Assembly: GCA_965232515.1 (NCBI GenBank)
Contig: CBDDPY010000002.1
Location: forward strand, 4,448,001-4,512,000
DNA length: 64,000 nt
Source of the DNA: Alphaproteobacteria bacterium
GTDB lineage: Bacteria > Pseudomonadota > Alphaproteobacteria > GCA-2731375
Reading direction: 5' to 3'
The translations under genes and the position numbers were made by a program. Under the pieces are notes generated by a model. It searched no databases and was not told where the DNA came from. It saw only the letters and a program-made list of their open reading frames with translations. Positions within the stretch are counted from its first letter, which is position 1. Each line of letters starts with the position of its first letter. Shown here one piece after another: positions 1 to 9,054 of the stretch.

Positions 1-288
1 GGTTTTAGCTGCGCGAGTTCGTGCCGGGAAACAGTCTTGTTGCCCCGCCAGCCGAACAAGAACGCGACCTCTGTTTGTGAGAGGCCGGTTCGTTTGCGGA
101 AGGTACGCAGATAAGTCTTGAGACGGCGTGACATACGACGTGAACGTCCCGTGCGAGCGCTGATTCCCGCGTGAGACTGGCTGTAGCGTAAGCGTTCGGA
201 CGAATCTGTCGTAGACACAGCAATGAGCACGAATGGTCCCATTGTACCTTCTAGACACAGCGGCATATCCGTTTCGCTATGTGCAGCA

Positions 289-412
289 GTGGATATCGGG
301 GACGTTGGGGACGTTGCCCGAGGTAGCAGAACACGCCTTAGGCTGGACCATCCGCAGCGTCGATTGCTGTCGCATCCCCTGGGAGGACGTCCCCCAAATC
401 CCCGATGTCCAC
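289..412. repeat. 26-bp imperfect inverted repeat (22/26) containing GGGGACGT units; candidate origin/iteron region
   Basis: 289-314 gtggatatcggggacgttggggacgt versus reverse complement of 387-412 gtggacatcggggatttgggggacgt; 72-bp spacer; spans the 3' end of the ATPase gene. Confidence 0.7.
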
Positions 413-1741
413 CTGCGTATCAGTGATCGGTTCGGTCGCTCTATCGACGCCGTATCGTCGATAGAGCGCAGGGAGTTTTGGCAATTCGCTCGGTGGGATG
501 ACGAAATTGCCTTGGCTTTTGCGGGTCGAAAGCCCGAGCCGCTGGCGAACGATTGAGCCGATCGATTTAGCGCTCATGGTGCCGTAGGTTTCGCCATGTT
601 CGGCTATGAAGGCCGATGCGATGTCTTTCATGGGCAGCACGCGTCTACCCTGTTCGTCAAGCAGGCTTTGAATGACCGCGAGGACCTCTGCCTCCATGGC
701 GAGTGCGCGGTCTAAGCCCAGTCCGTCGCTGTACTCGCGGGCGATCCAATGCAGCTCTTCACGCATTGAGGGATCGGCGACCGCAAGAAGCGGCGCAAAT
801 ATCTGCCGCAGACGAGGTTCGATGGACGGATCGTCGAGCAATAGGCTCGCATCGAATGTGCCGTAGTTTCGAAACCGGTAGAGCAGGAGCTTGTTGCGCA
901 TAGCGAGCGCTTCATCCTGATAGTCGGACGGCAGACTGATCGGAATGTCGTCGCGCAACTCCCCGCCGCGCATGTCTTCCGTCAAGAAACGGCTCTCGAG
1001 CGCTCGATCGTCGTAACTCCCGCGGGTTGCAAGCACCTTCGGGCCGAACACATGAAAAGCGCGCGGGTTGAACTCGCGCTCGCGGGTGATCTCGGTACGA
1101 AGAACCGGCAAGCCGCGTACGTTGCCGTTGTTCAGGATCTTGACGATCTCTGACTTCTCATCACTGAACCGGAAGTCGCCCTCATCAAGGATTAGTGTGC
1201 CTCGAAACGCATCAAGCGTATGGAAAATCGGCGATATGGTGGATGCGCCACTTGCAAAAATCGGCTTGTAGCAAAGTGCGCCCACGGTGAGCAGAAAGCG
1301 CGTTTTGCCACTCCCGAAATCACCGCGCAGGCGCATATATGGCAGCTCGTTGAAGCAGTCGTGGACCCACGAGAGCAGCACGTAAAGACTGGTGAGTCGC
1401 TCAAAGCGAGGCGCCACGTCGACATAGCGGTGGATGTACCGTCGCACATCATCGAGGAGCGCCGACGTCGCGCCATATTCCTCCGGTCGCGAGGGTAAGA
1501 GCACAACGCGGTTTGCAATGAGGTTGTTGCTCGGTGTGTACGGGACGAAGCTAGCACCATCTGGCGCAGCAACTTCATGCTCGATACGCCAGCTGTTGCC
1601 ACTCCACACGGCGAAGCAGGTGCGCTTTTTCGTTGGATCGTAGAGGAGTTCGACGATACGACCGTCGTCGAGTACCGAGGAGACAGTTGGGCGGTGTTTG
1701 TGTGCGTCGGCAGTTTTTTGAGTTGGCTTTCTGTCAGGCAT
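338..1741 (-). CDS. Mobile-element P-loop ATPase, putative replication/primase-helicase-associated protein
   Basis: Walker A RGDFGSGKT, Walker B TLILDEGD, ALESR arginine-finger-like segment, C-terminal winged-helix-like region. ATG at 1741 preferred over TTG at 1756. Confidence 0.6.
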   Translation of the reverse strand: MPDRKPTQKTADAHKHRPTVSSVLDDGRIVELLYDPTKKRTCFAVWSGNSWRIEHEVAAPDGASFVPYTPSNNLIANRVVLLPSRPEEYGATSALLDDVRRYIHRYVDVAPRFERLTSLYVLLSWVHDCFNELPYMRLRGDFGSGKTRFLLTVGALCYKPIFASGASTISPIFHTLDAFRGTLILDEGDFRFSDEKSEIVKILNNGNVRGLPVLRTEITREREFNPRAFHVFGPKVLATRGSYDDRALESRFLTEDMRGGELRDDIPISLPSDYQDEALAMRNKLLLYRFRNYGTFDASLLLDDPSIEPRLRQIFAPLLAVADPSMREELHWIAREYSDGLGLDRALAMEAEVLAVIQSLLDEQGRRVLPMKDIASAFIAEHGETYGTMSAKSIGSIVRQRLGLSTRKSQGNFVIPPSELPKLPALYRRYGVDRATEPITDTQVDIGDLGDVLPGDATAIDAADGPA

Positions 1742-1948
1742 ATGTTGCAAGCGCAACCAGGTCGCGCCGTCTGACCAGCGTACCCGACCGGTCGAAAACT
1801 GACAGAACGCACTAGACGGCGCCCATGACCTAAGCAGCCACTGCTCATCCTAGAGCGTTAAGACTAGCGCCAGCGGGAGGAATTAAGGACCGCCATGAGC
1901 CCAATCCCGCAAGCACCGTAAACCGAGCTAACTGAATGCCGATCCAGC

Positions 1949-3316
1949 CTAGTCGCCGAAGCGAATGTCCATGCCGGAGACGACCTGATCGCTTGTGTAC
2001 TCGACCACCGAAATAGGTGTTTGCCGGGGATCGAGTAAGGTGATGCGATCGCCGGAGTTGTTCAGCGGCATGTCGAATGTCGTCATGACGACCCTCAGTT
2101 CGCCATTGGCCGGAACGCTACCCGCGAGCATGAATTCATTGCCGGCCCGATCCCGGAGCCGCCAACCGTCAATCGTCACCGCATGTCCGCCGGCATTGCC
2201 AAGCGTGACCGCCTCGTTGCCAGCATCCTGTCCGTCCGGATTGGGCAGGAGAGCGACAATGCGCGGGGCGCCGGAAGCGGGCGGCGGTTCCGCTGTCACT
2301 GCGCCAAGTGTGAAGTCGGCAAAAACCGGCAGATGATCTGATGCCCGGTTGGAATTGTTGCCGCGCACGGCAACGGCATTGTCGAAAACCGCAGCGGACC
2401 CCTGCTCATAATTGGCGAGCATCGTGGGCGAAACGTAGATGTGGTCGAACATAATGTCGCCGGTGTTCTGGTTCGTCCCGCGCGCGTCATGATTGCGCTG
2501 GCGGCTGTTGGGGTCGATCGTATTCACCCGCATCCCATCCGGTGTCAGTTCGTTCGTCTTGCGCCCAAAGCTGACATGACCCAGAGCGAATAGTGGCTCG
2601 GCAAGATTGATCATGAACGGACCGGGCGTCTCTTCCATCCCGGCCGGCGCGTTGGGGTCGCCAGTTTCAAGGATATTGGCGGACCGGTCGTCCGGCGAGT
2701 CGTTGCAATCGCATACATAGATGATCTTGTTCCCGTCGATTTCAGGCTCCAGTGCCTGGACAAGCCGGGACGCGGCCAGTTCGCGCCGGGCGTCCGTGGT
2801 GGCGCGGCCGCCGAACCTGGATTTCGTATGATTGACAAGCAAGGTGAAGCGGTCGCTGCCATCAGGCAGCTCGATTTCCAGCCGCAGCACGTCCCGCCGG
2901 TCGGGAAAGGCCGCCGAATCACTGCTGGCCGGAAACAAGAATTGTTCGTCATCCGCATCGAGGTCGGCACCGAAGTTGAGGATGCGGAATGGCCGTCGGA
3001 CGACGGCAGCAACGTCCTGCGGCTCGCCGCTATCGTCGTCAATCACGATGTGCCAGTCGGTTGGCGGAAAGAGCAGCTCAAGCGCGTCGCGGTCGGCGAT
3101 TTCCTGCAGGCCGATCACATCGGCCCCCAAGAGCTCGACTACGTCTCGCAACTTCGTGAGGCGATCGCCCTGCTGGTCCACGCCAGTGCTTAGGAACTTG
3201 ATATTGTAAGTGGCGATCCTTACCGACTGCTCCGCCAATGACGATGACGCTGCAAACAGTGGTAAGAGTGTGGCGGCAAGGATAAATGACGGTAGAAAAA
3301 TGGCGCGGGTTTGCAT
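1949..3316 (-). CDS. Secreted endonuclease/exonuclease/phosphatase (EEP) family protein with C-terminal lamin-tail domain
   Basis: Signal peptide MQTRAIFLPSFILAA...SLA; EEP motifs ATYNI, GLQEI, DCND, FDHI, SDHLPV; LTD motifs LPNPDGQDAGNEAVTL and LNNSGD. Confidence 0.88.
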   Translation of the reverse strand: MQTRAIFLPSFILAATLLPLFAASSSLAEQSVRIATYNIKFLSTGVDQQGDRLTKLRDVVELLGADVIGLQEIADRDALELLFPPTDWHIVIDDDSGEPQDVAAVVRRPFRILNFGADLDADDEQFLFPASSDSAAFPDRRDVLRLEIELPDGSDRFTLLVNHTKSRFGGRATTDARRELAASRLVQALEPEIDGNKIIYVCDCNDSPDDRSANILETGDPNAPAGMEETPGPFMINLAEPLFALGHVSFGRKTNELTPDGMRVNTIDPNSRQRNHDARGTNQNTGDIMFDHIYVSPTMLANYEQGSAAVFDNAVAVRGNNSNRASDHLPVFADFTLGAVTAEPPPASGAPRIVALLPNPDGQDAGNEAVTLGNAGGHAVTIDGWRLRDRAGNEFMLAGSVPANGELRVVMTTFDMPLNNSGDRITLLDPRQTPISVVEYTSDQVVSGMDIRFGD

Positions 3317-3705
3317 TGCATTCTTGCTCCCGGATTTCCACCAGACGTAATCATTCCGATATCGTATCAAACCCAAACTTGTATCTATTATGGCAATCAA
3401 AGCGTCGTTGGCTTGGCGGCATGCGCGATGAGACTTGGCTCGCGGTATCGCATGCAAGTGTGTTACGCAAGGCTTCGTTCTCCATCTAGCGTGTTCCTAA
3501 TGACACTGAGGGGTACCTGATGCAAAAAGAATCTTGGGCGCCTGCAAGAGGATTTACGGCATCAGCCACCCGGACCTAAAGCGTCGGCGCTATTTGCGAC
3601 ACGGGATCTACAGGAATATGAGTGCGACCCTCGCGGACTTGGCCGAGGACGCGCCCTCGACGACCTTTTGTTGTTGGCACGCTCGCGGTAAGCGGGGTAA
3701 TTGCT

Positions 3706-4143
3706 CTACCGTGGTGCCTGTTCCGTGATCAACTCGATCTCCAGTAGTTCCTTGGCTGTAGGCCGTCGGCGCGCGCCGCCTGCCTCGATCCAAATTTTCA
3801 GGGTGATCGGTCCCTCCACCACGCTCTGCGGCAAGCGAATGGGGGGATGCGTGCTTTCGCTCTGCCGCGCAGCCTGGCCGAACGGCATAACGCGACCCAG
3901 GGGGTTTCCTTGCGCATCGGCGATAACCATGATGGCGTCGCCGAGCAGTGGTCCCGTTCGGACCCGAAGCCATAGGGTTTCGTAGTGCCCGAGCGGCCGC
4001 ACGGGGATCAGGGTGCGAGTCACGTAGCTTTGCGACACGGTCGTGGAATTGGCCTCTGACTTGGCCGAACTCGTGGCAACCGGGCTGAACGCCATGATGA
4101 CGCCCGCTAGACTTGTCCCGAATACGACCCAGCCAAGCCGCAC
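3706..4143 (-). CDS. Hypothetical exported protein, last gene of the oxidase operon
   Basis: Signal-peptide-like N-terminus; GTG start 2 bp after the tyrosinase stop; beta-strand-rich. Confidence 0.65.
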   Translation of the reverse strand: MRLGWVVFGTSLAGVIMAFSPVATSSAKSEANSTTVSQSYVTRTLIPVRPLGHYETLWLRVRTGPLLGDAIMVIADAQGNPLGRVMPFGQAARQSESTHPPIRLPQSVVEGPITLKIWIEAGGARRRPTAKELLEIELITEQAPR

Positions 4144-4145
4144 TC

Positions 4146-5720
4146 TCAGAATGCCCCTATCGAGACCGCGTTCAGTTTGCCCGTCCCGATGTTCCTGGAT
4201 TCAAGCGCCGAGCCGCCGGCCGTGCTTCGTGCCGCCAGCACAACGTCGAGCTCCTGACCCGACGTCAGTGCGTTCTGCTGGCGAAGGCGACGGACCGTAT
4301 CGGTAATCCCGACGGTAAAGGAAGACGTCATGTCCTTATGGTGGAGTTCGCCGAAGAAGCTAACGCTGCCAGCAAAATTCGCGCTCCTCACGTCTGGCTT
4401 GATCTCCTGGCCCTTGGGACTAACGAAAATGTCGAATACCACATCGCTCGTCTGATCCGGCGGCGTGATCGTCACCGTTGCGAAGAAACGCCGATCCTCG
4501 TCGGCAGCCATGCGCTCGGCTAAACCAGTGGGTAGTGCGACGGCTGATCGCGCCGCAGTCTCAATTCCAAAAGCGACCGCGGTATTGCTGGTAGTAGCCG
4601 AGGGGGTATCGCCAGTTGCAAGTGGGACCTGTATCACGTCCTCTCCGGTTCCAGGTTCGTAATCGTAGCCAAACGACTCGACATTGAAATAATCACCTGC
4701 TGACACTAGCGACGTCGGATTGCCCGCGCGATCGTGAAAGAACAAGAACGGCTCGGCTGCGAAGACGGTGACCTGCGAGCCGTCCGGCCCGGTCGGCTGA
4801 CCTTTCACCTGCTGCTTGCGAGTCCAGACGTCCCACAAGCGATCGATGTTACAGTGATGCATGAAGAATATCGGATCAACAGGTGATAGGAAATCACCCA
4901 TAAAGCCACTGAGATCACCGTGAACAAGGTTATGCGGCTGATCTTCCAAGATCGCGTAGTCCCCGGCGAACCCGTGATGACTTGTCGTCACTGCAGTCTC
5001 GAACGCGTGACTCCCATCTGTCTCGACGTAGCGTTCCGGCGCCAGAAGATCTTTGATTACAGGCTCCTTCACGGCCAGATCAGCGAACACCAGTTCCGGG
5101 TTTCTCTGCGTTGGCCGTCTCGTTTGGCCCTGTGGAAAGAAAACGGATTCGGCGTCATTCCAAAGTGCCTGGAAGTTCGGATAGCGACGGACCGTCTGCT
5201 GTGCGCGCTGGCCAGGCGAGAGACCGTCCCAGTAGGCCTCGAGCGCGGGCCGAAACTGGTCCCGGAATGTCGCGACATCGGGCACGAAAGCCGAATTGTT
5301 GGGATCGAGCACGTCGTCCCAGAAGGCCGCGGGAACTGCCGGCTCTTTGGTCCAGTCCCAGAACGGCAGCGCGAAATCGTTCACTCCAGTGAGCTCACGA
5401 CATATCTGCTCGATCCAACCAAGGTAGCCACGGTGCCAAACCAGAAACCACCAATTGCCGTGGGGACAATCCATCAGATGCGTGAACGCGTAGCGGTACC
5501 AGTTGCGTGGATCGGTCGGCGGCAACTCGAGCATGGCCTTGACCGCCGTCTTGTAGGTCGCAAGATCTTTCGCGACGTTAGGCCCCTGGAGGCTCTTGCG
5601 CGTGTGTTTGGCTGCCGAATAGGCGAACGTATTCGGAAAGCTGACTGCCAAGCTGGCCGCGGCGCTCGTGGTCAGGAAGCCACGCCGAGACAGTCGGCCA
5701 AATTGCCCTGTGGATCGCAT
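4146..5720 (-). CDS. melA: Tat-exported tyrosinase (type-3 copper polyphenol oxidase) with C-terminal cap domain
   Basis: Twin-arginine SRRGFL; CuA motif H...CPHGNWWFLVWHR; CuB motif PHNLVH...SPVDPIFFMHHCNIDRLW. Confidence 0.92.
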   Translation of the reverse strand: MRSTGQFGRLSRRGFLTTSAAASLAVSFPNTFAYSAAKHTRKSLQGPNVAKDLATYKTAVKAMLELPPTDPRNWYRYAFTHLMDCPHGNWWFLVWHRGYLGWIEQICRELTGVNDFALPFWDWTKEPAVPAAFWDDVLDPNNSAFVPDVATFRDQFRPALEAYWDGLSPGQRAQQTVRRYPNFQALWNDAESVFFPQGQTRRPTQRNPELVFADLAVKEPVIKDLLAPERYVETDGSHAFETAVTTSHHGFAGDYAILEDQPHNLVHGDLSGFMGDFLSPVDPIFFMHHCNIDRLWDVWTRKQQVKGQPTGPDGSQVTVFAAEPFLFFHDRAGNPTSLVSAGDYFNVESFGYDYEPGTGEDVIQVPLATGDTPSATTSNTAVAFGIETAARSAVALPTGLAERMAADEDRRFFATVTITPPDQTSDVVFDIFVSPKGQEIKPDVRSANFAGSVSFFGELHHKDMTSSFTVGITDTVRRLRQQNALTSGQELDVVLAARSTAGGSALESRNIGTGKLNAVSIGAF

Positions 5721-5830
5721 TACCAGTCCCCTTTCCCTTGCAAAACGCCCGATTCACTTCCGACCGGACAACTTCCTGGTATGTGGTACGGCCAGTCTCG
5801 GCGATCGTCGCGGTGTCGTCCGCGCAGACG

Positions 5831-6232
5831 TCACCGTTGCCGCACCGCGTACCAGGACGCCACAAAGCCGGCTTCGGCCTGGCCATTAGAGTGCGGCTCG
5901 GTCCGCACAATGGTGCCGACGATTGCGTCGACCTGGTCGACCCCGTTCGGCCAGTTCGGCACGACGAAGCCGAGATAATCGTAGACCCAGGTCTCCTCGC
6001 TGATGTCGCCACGGCCCTGGAACCGGATGCTAGTCGGATCCCCCTTGGCGACAGTGCCGCTCAGCGCTAGCGACCAGCTACTTCCGCCGAGCATTCCACC
6101 GATCGTGCCTGGCTCGGGCTGGGTCAGCTCCAAGGTACCCATGCCGAACCGCAGATCGTTGAAAGGTATGGCAAGATCCGAATTGTTGATCAGGCTGCGA
6201 TAGCTCCAGGTGCCTTCGAAGGAAACGGTCAT
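5831..6232 (-). CDS. Conserved-looking hypothetical beta-rich protein between oxidase genes
   Basis: GGAG RBS before MTVSFEGTWSYRS; tightly linked in the operon; no recognised catalytic motif. Confidence 0.7.
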   Translation of the reverse strand: MTVSFEGTWSYRSLINNSDLAIPFNDLRFGMGTLELTQPEPGTIGGMLGGSSWSLALSGTVAKGDPTSIRFQGRGDISEETWVYDYLGFVVPNWPNGVDQVDAIVGTIVRTEPHSNGQAEAGFVASWYAVRQR

Positions 6233-6268
6233 AGCGGTCTCCAATCTTCCTTCACACGCTGGGAAAGG

Positions 6269-8359
6269 TTAGCGATGCGTAGCTACAATGCCGCCCTTGC
6301 CGTCGGGCAGGGCGATGCGCACGTTCTGCATCATGCCTCGGTCCTCGTGGTCGAGGATGTGACAGTGCAGGACGAAGTCTCCAATGTACCGCCGGTAGTG
6401 CATGCGGACGCGGATGCGATACGGCGTTCGCGTCGCGCCGCGGCGCTCTTGAGTCACGAACAACGTGTCCTTCCAGGTTCCCTTGAGCCGCGCGTAGGGC
6501 GACGTGTTGTCGGGCTCGTAGCCGCTGACATCCCTTCCGTCAGCGTCCAAGATCTCGACGATCTGAAACGGGTTGACATGTATGTGGAAAGGATGGCCAC
6601 CCAGAAAGGAGCGCAGTTCCCAGTCGTCGATGTTGCCGAGGATGAGGTTGCGATCGATGCGATCGGGGTCGTAGGACTGTGGGTCCTTGAGGCCCCCCTG
6701 CGCGTTCAGCGCGCCGATCTGAAAAACCGGGCCATTGGGGCCGCCACGTATCACGAAGCCGAGTGTATGCTCGAGTTGGGGACTGCGCGCCAGCAAGGAA
6801 TCGTGCGGCTGAAAGGCCGCCAAGCCTAGCCGCTGCTCGAGATCGGCTACGATGCGATCATGCAGGTCGACAGGCATGAAAAGGCGTGCCGCTTCGATCA
6901 ATCGTTGTTTGATGTATTCCGCCGGCGTGGCATTGCCGATTCCGGCGCCAGGCCCCACCTCGACGAAGCCCATGAGCTTTCGACTCTTGGTCTCCTGAGC
7001 GACTGTGTCGACGTCGACCGCATCGGCATCAACGATGCAGTAGGTTCCGGGCTCGGGAAACACCATAAGCAGGTCCTCTCGGTAGCCCGGATGCATATGG
7101 CTCTTGTCTTGCGTGACCAGTCGGTCGCGTGTCAGGCCGTCCGTGGCAAGCGAGAGCTGCTGTGCTGTTGCGCCGCTGCAATTGGCATCCACGAAGGCAG
7201 ATTGCGCATCGGACGTCACGGCAGTGTAAGCTGTTGCCGAAGCCACAACCGTGGAGGGTGCAGACAGCTTCTTGAATTCCAGCGTGATCGAATCGCGCAC
7301 GCCGGCGTGTATCAGTCGCCATCGTTCGATTTGCCCGGCAATCGAAGTATTGAAGGTTGGAACGACGCGGCCATTGATGCTGGTGTACCGGCCCGAGGAG
7401 CTCCATAGCCCAGGGCCGAACTGATCGTACCGCTCGATCGTTCCGACCTCACCTGGATCGCAGATCCACGTACCGGCCGCATCGGTCTTTATCGGGCCGC
7501 CCTCGATTTCTCGACATGCATAAGGAATCTGCTGAAACAGCAAGACACGTTCCGGGATGGCCGTGCCGTCGGCATTCCTCAGCAGTGTATCCACATCACC
7601 GGTGCCGTCCGCTGTCGGCAGTCGGTCGCCGCGAATGATCAGGGCGCCTGCCATTCCGCTGGATACCTGAAGCGCCGTGGAACCATGCAGATGCGGGTGG
7701 TACCAGAACGTGCCTGCAGGATGGTCCGCGGGGATGTTGTACTCGTACGTGAAGCTGACGTTTGGCAGAATTCGGATCAATACATTGTCGGAATTGCCTG
7801 AGGGATTCACCCAGAGGCCATGAGTGTGCATGTTCGTTGAGTTAAAGCAGTGGGGCGTGTTGACGTCTCCACCTCCCTGACAAGAACGATCGTTAGCGGG
7901 CAGTTTGTTGTTGAGTGTAAGACGAAACGTTTCGCCCGGCCGCAGGTTCACTGTAGGTGCCACGAAAGGCACATTCAGATCGACGCCGTCTCCCTGGTAC
8001 GACCGTAGTCTTACCTTGTCGAACTGACCCGTTCTGGGATTGAAGATCTGCCCTTCTGTGTAGCGGATATCGACGTTCCAGGCGACTTCGCCGCCCCTTG
8101 CTTCCAGCCCGGTCGCCTTCGGTGCAGCAACACTAGCCAGCTCTGCGTCGAGTCGCCGGGCTGCCGCCAATGGTATAAGTCGGGCGCTCGACGGATTGCC
8201 AATGGCCACGTCGGCCGGATGCACATTTTCTGCGACTGCTGACCCGCAAAATCCGGTCATGACGATACCGACCACAATGCCAAGCCGCGTGCTTGATCGT
8301 CTCGGTGGCCTCCGGCCATCGCGCACTGAAGCATATACTGGTAGCAGTTTCACCGACAT
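6269..8359 (-). CDS. Exported multicopper oxidase (laccase/ascorbate-oxidase-like)
   Basis: All four MCO copper motifs: NMHTHG, WYHPHLHG, HPFHIH, HCHILDHEDRGMM; N-terminal signal region. Confidence 0.93.
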   Translation of the reverse strand: MSVKLLPVYASVRDGRRPPRRSSTRLGIVVGIVMTGFCGSAVAENVHPADVAIGNPSSARLIPLAAARRLDAELASVAAPKATGLEARGGEVAWNVDIRYTEGQIFNPRTGQFDKVRLRSYQGDGVDLNVPFVAPTVNLRPGETFRLTLNNKLPANDRSCQGGGDVNTPHCFNSTNMHTHGLWVNPSGNSDNVLIRILPNVSFTYEYNIPADHPAGTFWYHPHLHGSTALQVSSGMAGALIIRGDRLPTADGTGDVDTLLRNADGTAIPERVLLFQQIPYACREIEGGPIKTDAAGTWICDPGEVGTIERYDQFGPGLWSSSGRYTSINGRVVPTFNTSIAGQIERWRLIHAGVRDSITLEFKKLSAPSTVVASATAYTAVTSDAQSAFVDANCSGATAQQLSLATDGLTRDRLVTQDKSHMHPGYREDLLMVFPEPGTYCIVDADAVDVDTVAQETKSRKLMGFVEVGPGAGIGNATPAEYIKQRLIEAARLFMPVDLHDRIVADLEQRLGLAAFQPHDSLLARSPQLEHTLGFVIRGGPNGPVFQIGALNAQGGLKDPQSYDPDRIDRNLILGNIDDWELRSFLGGHPFHIHVNPFQIVEILDADGRDVSGYEPDNTSPYARLKGTWKDTLFVTQERRGATRTPYRIRVRMHYRRYIGDFVLHCHILDHEDRGMMQNVRIALPDGKGGIVATHR

Positions 8360-9054
8360 GCTCCCCTCTGCGCCGCGTTAGCCTAACGTTTGCAGGGCCA
8401 GTGAGCTCCGGTTTCGGCGACCTACGAAGATGTACCGCCATTCATGGTAGCGCGAATCAAAAATATACACTATGTATCTATTGTTGTAAATTCGTCAGTG
8501 CCACCGATCGAAACATGAATTTTCAGGGGTACGCATTGGCGAAGTTGTTCGTGTCTGGAGCGCGCGGGAGTTGGATCACCACAGTCTGTCCGACCGCTGC
8601 CTCCAATGACCGGCACCGGCTTCAACAAGTTCGTTTCCACGTTGTGACGGACCGGTAGCTATGTACGTTCCGAAACAAGAAGCTCTCAAACCGCCCACTT
8701 CCGCCCGGGATTTGAGTGACTGGTAGCAAACTAGGCTCTGGAACCCGTGAGGTCGCAAAAATCCAAATCCTGCCCCCGCAACCACATCCGGTCGTGCCCC
8801 GTCCAGTCCGGCCACATTCTAGGATTTCTGGCCAACTGACTGCCCATTGATCGAGTTCTATCGTTGGAGATTCGGATTTCTTCTTCGAGAGTCCGAGGTC
8901 GCATCAAGGCTTACCGGTGGTGCCGTGTTCGTGCGGTGTCCTCAGCCGGTAAATGACATGCGTTGGTGGAGCAACGCTAGGTGATAGGCTTGTAGAGGCT
9001 TTACGGCAGTGTGGGCAGCACCATGCTGCTGTTCAAAATCTGAAATCTCCGATG

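Noticed and set aside
4920-5978. 352-aa plus-strand ORF and the 425-aa ORF at 24001-25278
   Set aside because: Antisense to tyrosinase and parB respectively, with no recognisable motifs.
8360-9054. Gaps at 8360-9054 and 20886-21361 as possible ncRNA, tRNA or pseudogene sites
   Set aside because: No cloverleaf, clear hairpin array or recognisable protein remnant seen by eye; an Infernal/Rfam and tblastn search would be needed.
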